This document shows, in pieces, positions 1-10,190 of a stretch of 64,000 nt of DNA. Each line of letters begins with the position of its first letter. The first letter of the stretch is position 1. The notes below the pieces were generated by a model. It saw nothing but the letters and a program-made list of their open reading frames with translations, did no database searches and had not been told where the DNA came from. Source of the DNA: Octopus vulgaris (lineage: Eukaryota); the NCBI GenBank assembly GCA_951406725.2, contig OX597819.1:124248001-124312000 (forward strand), written 5' to 3'. Both the position numbers and the translations under genes were made by a program.

Positions 1-814
1 TATGAAAACCAATTTTAAAAATATATGAAGAAAAATTCTTAATTTTACAATATGAAATAGGAACACTGAAGTGGTCAAAGTGATATACTGAAGTAACCAG
101 AAATTGTAAAACAAAATATCTTCATTAATTTTATAAACAAGGCACTAATAGCTAAAATTTAGCCTGTTTTTAAAGTTACAAAACTGTATATTCTGTGAAT
201 AAACCTGATGAAACACATAGTTAAATGGCAAGAGAAAAAAACAGTTATAAGCTGTCAAGTGACGTGAAGAAAATAATCATTTGAAGTCACAACCCTGCCA
301 ACCACAATGGAGACAAAACAATGCCACTGGTGAAGCAGCAGGATTGTCCAATAAGAATTCAGTTTATAAAGAATTTACACCCCCACCCTCTACAAAACAA
401 CAAATTTCAATTATTTTACACTATGTTAAATTGCATTGAATTCTCTTAAGTGCACGCTGAGAGTAAGGCACACTTCTATCATCTGAATATAAAATAATCT
501 GTAATCTAATTTCAAGAGGAATGTGAATAATGAAAACATTTACAGAACAAAAATGAAATGTCTGATGTCAAATGATATTATAAACCACAGAAATCATAAA
601 GAAAGAAAAAGAAGTTGTGGTTTAAATTTAACATTTAGATCTTTTTTTTTTTTTTGTGACGAGACACATCAAGTTGGGTATAAGACAATGGCAGTGATGG
701 AGAGAAAAATAAATCTGAGCGAAATCACCTCTCTTCTCTACATTCTACAAATGATTTCAAGTCATTTGTCAGAATTACTGGATGAATGTCCAATATAATT
801 TTTAATTTCTCCAC

Positions 815-994
815 CTATTCATCCTCTTCGTCATCATCTTCATCTTCTTCCTCCTCTTCTTCATCAGCCTCTTCCTCTTCTTCGGCTTCCTCTTCATCAT
901 CATCAGCCTCCTCCTCATCATCCTCTTCCTCCTCCTCTACAACGACCTTCGCTTTCTTGACTGAAGGAGCACCTTTAATTTGTTCACCACTTCT
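815..994 (-). CDS. HMGB: HMGB last coding exon (acidic D/E tail, TAG stop)
   Basis: ttatag|AGA...; RSGEQIKGAPSVKKAKVVV then a ~40-aa D/E tail, TAG at 817-815. Total CDS 687 nt = 228 aa. The 3' UTR runs toward position 1. Confidence 0.92.
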   Translation of the reverse strand, partial: RSGEQIKGAPSVKKAKVVVEEEEEDDEEEADDDEEEAEEEEEADEEEEEEDEDDDEEDE

Positions 995-1118
995 CTATAA
1001 GCAACAAAAATTTTTAAAAAAAGCTTAAACTGACGTTTTCTTTCATCAAAAATCATCTTTCAATACAAATTTCTTTTTGGGGGATTTTTAGCTAAAGGGA
1101 CAATCAAGCTAACATTAC

Positions 1119-1225
1119 CTTTTTGTATTCAGCAATTGCTACATCGTATTTCTTCTTTTCTTCTCGATTTCTCTTCTCATACGGTTTCTTAACGTCATCT
1201 GTCATCTTTCTCCACTCTTCTCCAG
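1119..1225 (-). CDS. HMGB: HMGB coding exon 5 (HMG box B)
   Basis: tttag|CT...AAG|gtaat; (A)GEEWRKMTDDVKKPYEKRNREEKKKYDVAIAEYKK; phases consistent with neighbouring exons. Confidence 0.95.
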
Positions 1226-1357
1226 CTAAAATAAACATGCAATATATATATATATATTTCAAAAACTAGATGCATAACGGATAATGCTTTATTTAGTTCA
1301 TCACAATCATAGAAATTACAAAGAAATCTCAAATAAAAAAATGAAAATATTACAAAC

Positions 1358-1496
1358 CTAATCTGAGTATCTCTTTGTGATCAATACCCTTCCCATTCAT
1401 TTTCACTCTGAAGTCATTTAAGAACAGGAAATATGAAGACTGTGGTCTCTTTGGTTTATTTGGATCACCTGAATTTTTCTGTTTATAATCTGACAT
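1358..1496 (-). CDS. HMGB: HMGB coding exon 4 (linker, start of HMG box B)
   Basis: tag|ATG...TTAG|gtttg; MSDYKQKNSGDPNKPKRPQSSYFLFLNDFRVKMNGKGIDHKEILRL; DPNKPKRPxSxYFLF motif. Confidence 0.95.
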
Positions 1497-1601
1497 CTAT
1501 AGATATGAAAGAAATAAAACAGTAAATATAGACCTCTGTGATACATCGAGCCTACTTTTTACATACACTGACTTTCATTAAACATGCTTAGTATATCTTA
1601 C

Positions 1602-1712
1602 CTCTTTAACGTATCTGGCTTTATCCTTGGCAGCTTTCTCATCAAAGGGCTTTTTCTGTACAGCAGTTAGAGCCTTCCATTTTTCTGAGCATTCTTTGGT
1701 AAAATCTGAAAC
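1602..1712 (-). CDS. HMGB: HMGB coding exon 3 (HMG box A)
   Basis: tag|GTT...GAG|gtaag; VSDFTKECSEKWKALTAVQKKPFDEKAAKDKARYVKE; 111 nt, phase 0/0. Confidence 0.95.
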
Positions 1713-1842
1713 CTAACAAAATAACTCGTTACAACAAAGAAAAATTCAATACCACATTCCAAACAAGCCTAATTAATAACTGCACCAGTCCAACTCACAG
1801 TCCAAGAGTCTTAAAGCATAGTATCTATAGTATCCAACTTAC

Positions 1843-1988
1843 TTTAGGAATGGTTGTGCCTGATTTATTAGCCTGCTCTCTGCAATGTGCCATATAATAA
1901 AAGTAAGCAGATGTAGTCCGTTTGGGCCTATTAACATCCTTCGGCTTCTTTTTCTTACGGCCTTTGGCTGCCGCTGCAGGAAGACGAC
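1843..1988 (-). CDS. HMGB: HMGB coding exon 2 (start of HMG box A)
   Basis: tttctag|GT...CCTAAA|gtaagt; encodes GRLPAAAAKGRKKKKPKDVNRPKRTTSAYFYYMAHCREQANKSGTTIPK (KDxNxPKRxxSAYF HMG-box motif). Confidence 0.93.
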
Positions 1989-2219
1989 CTAGAAATGCAA
2001 GAAAAAAAAAATTTAACATAATTTATCTCAATCACAAAAAAAAAATTTTTTTTAATAAATTGTTCAGTTTAGGGATGTCAAAAAAGTAAATAAAAATTAT
2101 TGGTAAGATAACAAGTAAAGGGACATAAACAAGCCTACTGTTAAACAACATAAACACTGGATACAGCAACCCAAAAGTGAAAAAATGTCTCTCTTAAGTA
2201 TGTGTGTGTAAAATATACA

Positions 2220-3240
2220 CAGGGTGTGTAAGATATGAGGACAGATTTATGTTCATAAAAAAAACAAACAAACCTTTTTTTCTATGTTGTTCAATAAAAA
2301 AAACCACCTTCAGCTTCAACAAGTGCTTCTATATGTGATCTAAATAATCTACATGCTTGAATCAAGTGGCCCTGGTTCATTTTAGACATTACTCTGACTA
2401 TGGTAGCTTCCAAAGAATCTGGTGTTATGGATGTGTTCATTGACCTCTCTCTCTCAACAACACTCTACATGTATTAGTCCAATGGACTGAGATCTGGGAA
2501 TTAGGAGGCCAAATGTTAGGGGTTATGTGATCATGAAAATTTTCATCCATCTATTCCTGTGTTACTAGAGCCATGTGTGATAGTGCAGAATCTTACTGAA
2601 ATACATATGGCCTTCCATTGCATACACTGTCTATCCAAAGCTTACAATCATTTCCGGGACCTCGATGTAGGTAGCAGAGTTAACTCTAAGGCCTCGTGGA
2701 CAGAAGTAAGGAGGCATCACATGTCCTTCATTGATGACAACCCCTAAATCCAATACAGTTGCAGGAAACTTTGTATGCCTAACACTTGGAACTTCAGAAA
2801 GGTCTGCAAAGAACCAACTGTCATTTTTCCTGTTAACTTTCTCTTCTTGGTTAAAGTTTTTCTCATTTGAGAAAACCCAAATCAAATCTTCTGCTGGATT
2901 TTCAGTTTGTTTAAGAGCATTTTAGATCTGATTATCTTTTGCTTTTTCTGACAAATTGACCTTTCCTCATCATATAAGACATATCATATGCCTCCATGGA
3001 CAACATTTCTAACCGCTCCTTGTAACACATGGAGATCTTTTGCAATTGACCTCATGGACTTTCTAGGATTGCAATCAATGGTCCGTTGAACTTGCTGGAT
3101 AAATTCAGGTGTTCTGATGATTTAAGAGTGTTTAGATTGCTTTTTATGCTTTGATACAGGTGATATGTTTCCATCTTTAGTCACTAGCTCCTTACAAACA
3201 AGATCTAGCAACTTTTAAGAAAGGCACTTGTACACTTTTT
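2220..3240 (-). mobile_element. Decayed Tc1/mariner (DD37D/maT-like) transposase in HMGB intron 1
   Basis: Fragments FSNEKNFNQEEKVNRKND..W, TKFPATV..LGVVINEGHVMPPYFCPRGLRVN and a frameshifted WPPNS(P)DLSPLD near 2480-2510; many stops. Confidence 0.8.
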
Positions 3241-3697
3241 GGTTGCTATATCCAATGACTATGCTTAACAGCAGGTTAACTTATCTATCTCCTCTTGTTA
3301 TTTCCCCATTAATTTGCATTTACTTTTTTAAATCTCTCCTACTGAAAGGATTGCCAAGGTATAGACTACTGGCAAAAATAATTTTTAAATAAACAAATTT
3401 GGGAGAAAATGGGGGGGGGGGGGTGCAGGCCGAAAAAAGGAGGGCATTGTGTCGACGGGAGGGGGGGGACCCTGGAATTTTTTGTGTGGAATCAAGTACC
3501 CTGACCTCCTTAATATGCTTATTCTGGTTCGGGAAGGGGAGCATTTGAACCCCCATTCCACCCACCCCCCCACTGAATGAATTCCTATGACATCCTAATG
3601 TGCTACAAAACCCTTTTTGGGTCCAAAAAACGCAGTGCGATGAGGGGGAAGTCTCGGAAATTTCACCTGCCCCTACCAGCACGACTTTCACAAGTGG

Positions 3698-3729
<32 letters not shown>

Positions 3730-4042
3730 AATCCGAGACAGATTTCCCTAACCATAACAAGATCAATGGTGGTGGGGAAATTTCCGAGGTTCCCACCTCA
3801 CTCCGTTTTTCGGACCCCAAAAAGGGTTTTGCAGCATATTAGGATGTCACAGGAATTCATTCAACGAAAAAAATCCAACGAACCCGGGGCCTGGGGTCCC
3901 CATCTTCCCGGACCAAAACAAGGGATTTGCAGCATATTAAAGTCAAGGTACTCGATTCCAGGCAAAAAATCCGAGTTTTTTTTTTTTTTTCTTAGTGAAA
4001 ATCGTTCGGGTGTTACAATGAAAAATTACCAAAAATTAGGCC

Positions 4043-4374
4043 TTCAAGCAGGCTATTCACACGCTAGAAATAACAGCCAAATCTCATAAAACTGCGATGA
4101 CATAATATAATCAATCTACTCACCTTTTTCTGCAAAGATTTCTTTCAGAGTAATTTCCCGCAGTAATATGAGAAAGTAATTCATGTGATATTAAAGGATT
4201 TTTTTTTTAAACTTTCAAAACAACCGTTCATTTTTCACATTTAGACTGGGGTATTAGGCTGGGGTATTTTGGGCCGGAGTTTTTCATAAAAAAATTTGAA
4301 ATTAGAATTTGAGTTTGTGTTTATTTTTATCGTATTCTTAATCTCCGTATTTTCCCCACATATATTGATGGTGG

Positions 4375-4409
<35 letters not shown>

Positions 4410-4537
4410 TTTTATTTCACATGAATTACTCCGTCATTCACTACGGGAAATTACTCTGCAAAAAGGTTTGATTACATTATGTCATCGAAGTTTTGAGATT
4501 TGGCTATTATTTCTAGCATGTGGATAGCCTGCTTGAA
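4043..4537. repeat. Imperfect ~150-bp inverted repeat (foldback / MITE-like)
   Basis: ttcaagcaggctattcacacgctagaaataacagccaaatctc... (4043-4195) versus the reverse-complement arm ending ...tggatagcctgcttgaa (4415-4537). Confidence 0.75.
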
Positions 4538-5566
4538 CGCATATTATATATACTCTTTTACTTGTTTCAGTCATTTGACTGCGGCCATGCTGGAGCATGA
4601 AAAATTGAAAAAAAAAAAAAAAAAAAAAAAATTTCTTTTCAGAGTCGGATTCTCTATAACCCAAAAAGTTGGGATCCCGTAAAAAAAATAAAATCAATAT
4701 ATATCCATTTTACCCCAAGTCATGACGGATAAATCGGATCTTGTGAATTTTCCGGAAGTGCCCTCCCCCCACCTCACATATTCGATTTCCATACACTCGT
4801 TAACAACTCCAGGTTGGTTAATTTTGGGGGGGGGTTCCCGGGTGAAGGTCTTTATATTTATTAACCGATATGTCTTTCTTGGGATTAAAACAGTAACATC
4901 GTCTTCCCATGACCGCCACATTTACTTGACAAATACATTTTATGAATAAACGGACAAATAAATAAATAAATGGACGAAAAGTTCAAAATTTAAATTGAGG
5001 GAAGGGGGGGTGAAATTTGAGCCCCTTATAAAGGTAAAGGGACATGGATCACACACCCCTTCCGGTTTATTTTCTTAGGGCTAGGGGGGGAGGTCCTATA
5101 GAAACATCTTTTCGACAGCGGAGATACCGAATCTGGAAAATAAAAACACAAAAAACCCAATTCTCCACTCTTTATTTGGCGAAATACGGAGATTATGATC
5201 TGGAGAAAAAAAATCTAAGCAGAAAACGACATGCTAGAAACAGCAGCTAAACGACGAATCACGTTTTCAACAGTTTTATTTCCCCCACCCCCATTTTTAT
5301 TTGCCAGAGGGGTTGAGAGGAGGAAAATCAAAATTTTGAAAACATGTCTTTGAGGTTTTCAAAACCTTAATTTTCTATGTACGTCACTTTAAAACCTCCG
5401 CTTTTATTATTATTAAACAATGTTTGCCTCTCACAAAATGGTGTATATTTTATTTATATTAAATTATTATTTACGATTATTTAAGGCAAATACAAGTAAA
5501 ACGCAAATTCTTTTCACTTTATTGTTTTTGTCTGAGCTCCTCCTTTACGTAGAGGTCCCTTATATT

Positions 5567-6180
5567 CACGGAGTGGTTGGCGTTAGGAAGGGCATCCAAC
5601 TGTAGAAACACTGCCAGATCAGACTGGGTCCTGGTGCAGCCTCCTGGCTTCCCAGACCCTGGTCGAACCGTCCAACCCATGCTAGCACGGAAAACGGACG
5701 TTAAATGATGATGATGATGATGATTCTCAACAGACCAATCACTAAACCGATGGCTTGCTGGAACGTTTTGCGTCCAAATAAGCTGCCAGTCGCCTTATAC
5801 TGATGCCGGCTTTTTTGGGGAAAGCGATGCACCGGATTGCGGGGAGTCCCTAAGGGACTTCCTTGCTGGAGGGCCTCGACTCTTGGCACAGGAGGTGGAA
5901 TGCTGTGAAGGGCCAATCACAGCTAAGGAGGTGCTGGCTGAGTGCTCTGGGGGACAAGTCGCCAGGGCTAGATGGCCTGCCCTATGAATTTTATTGAAGT
6001 ATGCCTGACTGTAGAAACACTGCCAAATCAGACTGGAGCCTGGTGCAGCCTTCCCAGATCCCTGGTCGAACCGTCCAACCCATGCTAGCATGGAAAACGG
6101 ACGTTAAATGATGTTGGTGATGATGATTCTCAACAGACCAGTCCAAAAATAAGCTGCCAGTCGCCTTAAACTGATGATCT
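5567..6180 (+). mobile_element. Two RTE-LINE 3' tails with duplicated flank
   Basis: ...ggaagggcatcc..tgtagaaacactgccagatcag...ggaaaacggacgttaaa(tga)n occurs twice, each followed by ttctcaacagacca...aagctgccagtcgcctta. Confidence 0.85.
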
Positions 6181-6510
6181 CAACGGCGGATGTTGTTTTT
6201 AATGTGGAAAGCCCTTCATGAAAACACGACGAAGACAAATTCCAATTTCGCAAAATGCCGAAAAATTGCATTCCGCAGACTGATGATGATGATGCTTCGG
6301 CGTGGTGGCCATCGGTTGGCGTCAGCGTCACCATCACGTGACTAGCTACGCGCACATCTCGCGTTTCATTCATCCTAAACTGGAGGAAGAGGATCGATTG
6401 TGTCCGAGGGCAACAAATGGCAACCCCCCCCCCACTTCGGACTGCACCAAACTGTACGTAAAGTTTATTAGTTGGTCTCTCATAGTCAACACATGAAATA
6501 TGTAGCATTG

Positions 6511-7002
6511 GGTACTTACTCGAGAACAGTGGTCCCGGTGCGCGCACTCGCGCTAGCTAGTCATGACTAGTCGATCCCTTACTTTGTGTTATTTACTTTC
6601 TTTAAAAAAATTATTTACTTTATGATTTACTTTTTTTTATTTAGTTCCAACTCACAAGCTGTGGCCATGCAGGAGCACCGCCATTTGTTTAACAAAAATT
6701 ATTTACTTTGTGTAAAAAAATTTATTTTGTTTTATTTACTTTGCTAGGTAAGTCGTTGTAGGATCGACTAGTCACGACTAGCTAGCGCGGATGCGCGACT
6801 ACGCGCACCGGGCCCAATGTTCGCTAGTCGTACCCTCATATTCAAAATATGTAATTTTTTTTAAACAAAGAAAATAATTTTTGTTAAACAAACTAAATAA
6901 AACAAAAATACAAAGTAAATAACACAAAAACACAAAGGATCGACTAGTCATGACTAACTAGCGCGAGTGCGCGCACCGGGACCACTGTTCTCAAGCAGTG
7001 CC
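6511..7002. mobile_element. GGTAC-terminated MITE (6511-6834) plus adjacent half copy
   Basis: ~65-bp TIRs containing CCCGGTGCGCGC...GCTAGCTAGTCATGACTAGTCGATCC; interior of TTATTTACTTTG repeats; same family at 31782 and 42453. Confidence 0.85.
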
Positions 7003-7396
7003 TAACATTCTGCTGGCAATAAATACATTTACCAGTACCGTACATACGTGTAAGTCTAAAAATGATTTTTTTTAGCTCTGGCACCATGCCACAAGTTGAT
7101 GGAAATGGATAGTCGTCTGAATCGCTTTTGCTTCTCAGCGCCACCGTCTTTGCAAACAGGAAAAATAATCACTGTTACTACCAAAAAAATAATTCCAATC
7201 TTTCGAATTTGTGTTCTATAAATTATCCGCACGCCCCACTGAAATCCTCGGACGTCCCAGGACAATCTGGGACACGCTTCGATTGGAACTTCGGCGATGC
7301 CATCACCAGTAGGACACTCAAAATTCTTCAAATTGCTAATTTCGGTCTTGCAAAAATACCGTCTAGCCACGGGCCAATGATGGATAGATACGCTGG

Positions 7397-7768
7397 GATC
7401 GCTTAAACTGCTGGAAAGAGCAGCCAAATTTCCCAAAAAACTGCACATTAGATAAATGGATCCCAAGGTGTATTGTGGCTTAGGAAAAAATCGGGGCTTA
7501 CTCTCTCCTGAAGTAGGACCGAAACGGGACGACAAAATGCCTGCGGCTAAACAAAAACCCCTTCATCTTATCCGCGATAATTGATCGCTTAAACTGCTGG
7601 AAAGAGCAGCCAAATTTCCCAAAAACTGCACATTAACGATACATAAGTTAAGTGGATCCAAGGTGTATTGTGGTTTGGGACAGAATCGGGGCTACGCTCC
7701 TTAAGTAGGACCGAGACGGGATGAGAAAAATGTCTGCGGCTAAACAAAAAACCCTTCATCTTATCCGC
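7397..7768. repeat. Tandem duplication, 186-bp period
   Basis: gatcgcttaaactgctggaaagagcagccaaatttcccaaaaa...cttcatcttatccgc starts at both 7397 and 7583. Confidence 0.9.
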
Positions 7769-8061
7769 CACAAACAAGCTTTATCATAAAATGAATTATT
7801 TATAATAAAGGCAGGCACACACAGATCTAAGTGGAATCCTTTCAATGACATCCGGAGCTGAAAAGATTAAGAAAAGATCAAAAAAAAAAAAAAAAAATGT
7901 ATTCATCTCCTGATAGATAATTAGTGAACGAGATGCGGTGCGGCCCTTCCATAACCAGCTCGGCACCCACATTCCAAACAAGGCCGTCGCTATAAGAAGC
8001 AGAACCGCTCTTTTTCTGCTTTTTTATTCACCTTCCTTGGGATAATTAAGATTGGTTTTTT

Positions 8062-8155
8062 GGCGGAGGTAAAGAATACGCACACCACCCGTTCTAAGCC
8101 TAACAATGGCACCAACCCTTATAAACCATTGGTGTGCGTATTCTTTACTATCGCC
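8062..8155. mobile_element. 94-bp mini-MITE / hairpin
   Basis: 26-bp arms with a perfect core GTAAAGAATACGCACACCA; GG...CC ends; flanks ggtttttt / ggttattt (7/8 TSD). Confidence 0.65.
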
Positions 8156-9500
8156 GGTTATTTTGCCCTGCATTTTCTAATTTGCTCTTCTTCCTTTCTT
8201 CATCAACGTCGTGACAAAAGCCGAGCTGATTGCTCCCAGCACAATTGCCATATTAGGGGGGAAATTACTTGAGATAGAAGCGGAAGCACGCCAAAGCTTC
8301 AGTTTTAAGCAACATTTACGATTTTTCGCTTAAAGTAGGGAAATTAATTCACAAAGAAAATGTCTAGATAATTTCATCTAGAGTACTTCTACCAGGAAAA
8401 GAACCCCTTAAAACAAGAAAATGCAGATGAATTTATAATAATTAAGCGAGAATTGTTTGTTTTAACATGGCTGCGTAGCAAAGTAGCCATGTTTAGTTCA
8501 GGTTTATCTTCTGCACAGAAAGATTTTCCTGAAAAACACCAAAACTAAAACTAATTTTGATTGAATAAATGAATAAAGGGAAAAATAAATCGATCGTAAT
8601 GAAATTGTTTAGCCATTGAAAGAATTTTTATCCATAATTCTAAACCCTTCAAATTAGTAACCAAAATTGCAGATTTTTAAAAAAAATGGCATGGATAATT
8701 TTCATGATGGAAAAATTATCATTGAAAAAATCTAATTTTTTTAGTTTTGATAATTCTATTCGATTTTCTTGTGTGAGGAAATCGGTTTATAAGTTATAGA
8801 AATAAGCAAGTTTCCTAAAAATAAATCGAGGCATACGATAAATTTCAAGTTTAGCGCGCTTATCTCCCATTTATAAAAAGGCAGCGATTTGGCGGCTCCT
8901 CGCTCGGTCGTTCTTTTTTTGATATCTTTCAAAATACGAAAACAATCCGTATTATTTCCATTGAATAATAAGGATCGGTCTTCAATCTACAAACCTTTCC
9001 CGAAAAAACTTGCTCCTTCACCCCAGAAAAGCCATCAAGGTAAAATAAAATAAAGCATTTGTCATGATTTTTTTGCTGGTTTCCTTATTCAGAACAATGG
9101 CGCCCAACAGATTATTCGTTTTTCACAAGTTTTTTTTCCTGAGAAGGAAATTAAGACAGAATTTTCACTGAAATATTTTAAATATTGAACGAAATAAGAC
9201 AAAAAGGAATTAGATTTTTTTTTAAATGAGAAAATTATGAAATTATTTCGGAGAGAACGAGAAGTAAAATCAGGCAACTGGATAAATTTATGGCCGTCAT
9301 GTACCTAAAATAATTAAACCCCCAACAAATTTTTGCTTCGAATTAGGAGGATAAACGGCTTTTTTTTCTTCCAGTTCAACTCAGATTTTTCTAGAAGACA
9401 CAAACGAAAGAAAGCTTTGCAAATAAGAGCATTTAAATTTAGTAACAAGTTGCATATTTCGACATGATGAGAAAATCTTTGTTAAAAAAAAAATGCTTAC

Positions 9501-9504
9501 CCAT
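9501..9504 (-). CDS. HMGB: HMGB gene, putative coding exon 1 (ATG-G only)
   Basis: Minus strand reads ttccaacATGG|gtaagc: good start context and a strong donor. The phase-1 G completes the Gly codon of exon 2 (G|GT CGT), giving MGRLPAAAAK. Confidence 0.7.
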
Positions 9505-9680
9505 GTTGGAATCGAAGAGCTTAAAGTGAGGGCACTACGGAAGAAACACTCAGTTTACTAATAATATCGCGAATGGTTACTATCGCTGCACGGCTTGAAA
9601 CAGTTGCCTTAGAACACTATAAACCATTCACGTGTGCCAATACGGGAGAGGGGGATACTGGATTTTTTTATTACTATTAT
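9505..9680 (-). promoter_or_regulatory. Probable HMGB 5' UTR / core promoter
   Basis: Directly upstream of the ATG exon, CpG-enriched, with a CACGTG E-box (~9629) and CCAAT (~9637). The TSS cannot be determined from sequence. Confidence 0.45.
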
Positions 9681-9759
9681 TATTATTATATTACGCTTTC
9701 TTTCTCTTAATCTTTGCCTTTCTCTGTCTCTCTCTCTCTCTCTTTCTCTTTCACTCACT

Positions 9760-10190
9760 TCTTTCCTTCTCTCGCCCTCACTCTATTTTCGTTTTTATTT
9801 TCCCGACCTTTACTTTCTCTCTCTATATCACACTCCCGCTCACACTCTCACTTTATTACTCACCCCACTAAAATCCGTCCCACTCCTTTTGTGCCTCCTC
9901 TTTCTTTCTTTTAATCTTTGCTTTTTTCTTTCTTTCTTTCTTCCCTTCTCTTAGCCCTCTATTTTCGTTTTTATTTTCCCGACCTTTACTTTCTTTCTCT
10001 GTATCACACTCCCGCTCATACTCACAGTTTATCGCTTTCTCTCTCCCTTTCGTACTCACTCTTTATCACTTTCTCTCTCCCGCTCATACTCGCTCTTTAT
10101 CACTTTCTCTCTCCCGCTCACACTCACAGTTTATTACTCACCCTACTGAAATCCGTCCCCCCCTCCCCTCGCTTTGTGCCTCCTCTTTCC
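9760..10190. repeat. Pyrimidine-rich duplicated block with internal ~30-33-bp subrepeats
   Basis: ctctattttcgtttttattttcccgacctttactttct at 9781 and 9957; ttatcactttctctctcccgctcaYactc units in 10000-10135. Confidence 0.8.

Noticed and set aside
200-215. Other CTGATGA/CTGACGA hits (206, 3114, 15327, 20161, 27090, 48993, 54771) as hammerheads
   Set aside because: No stem II, GAAA and NUH arrangement follows them.
786-1028. Poly-Ser ORF on the + strand (also 60058-60294)
   Set aside because: Antisense shadow of the GAR/GAY acidic-tail codons of HMGB and SET.
1825-2019. 64-aa ORF as a standalone gene
   Set aside because: It is HMGB exon 2 read through into the flanking introns.
3320-4089. Overlapping 166- and 170-aa ORFs in HMGB intron 1
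   Set aside because: Driven by homopolymer runs, with no recognisable domain or splice structure.
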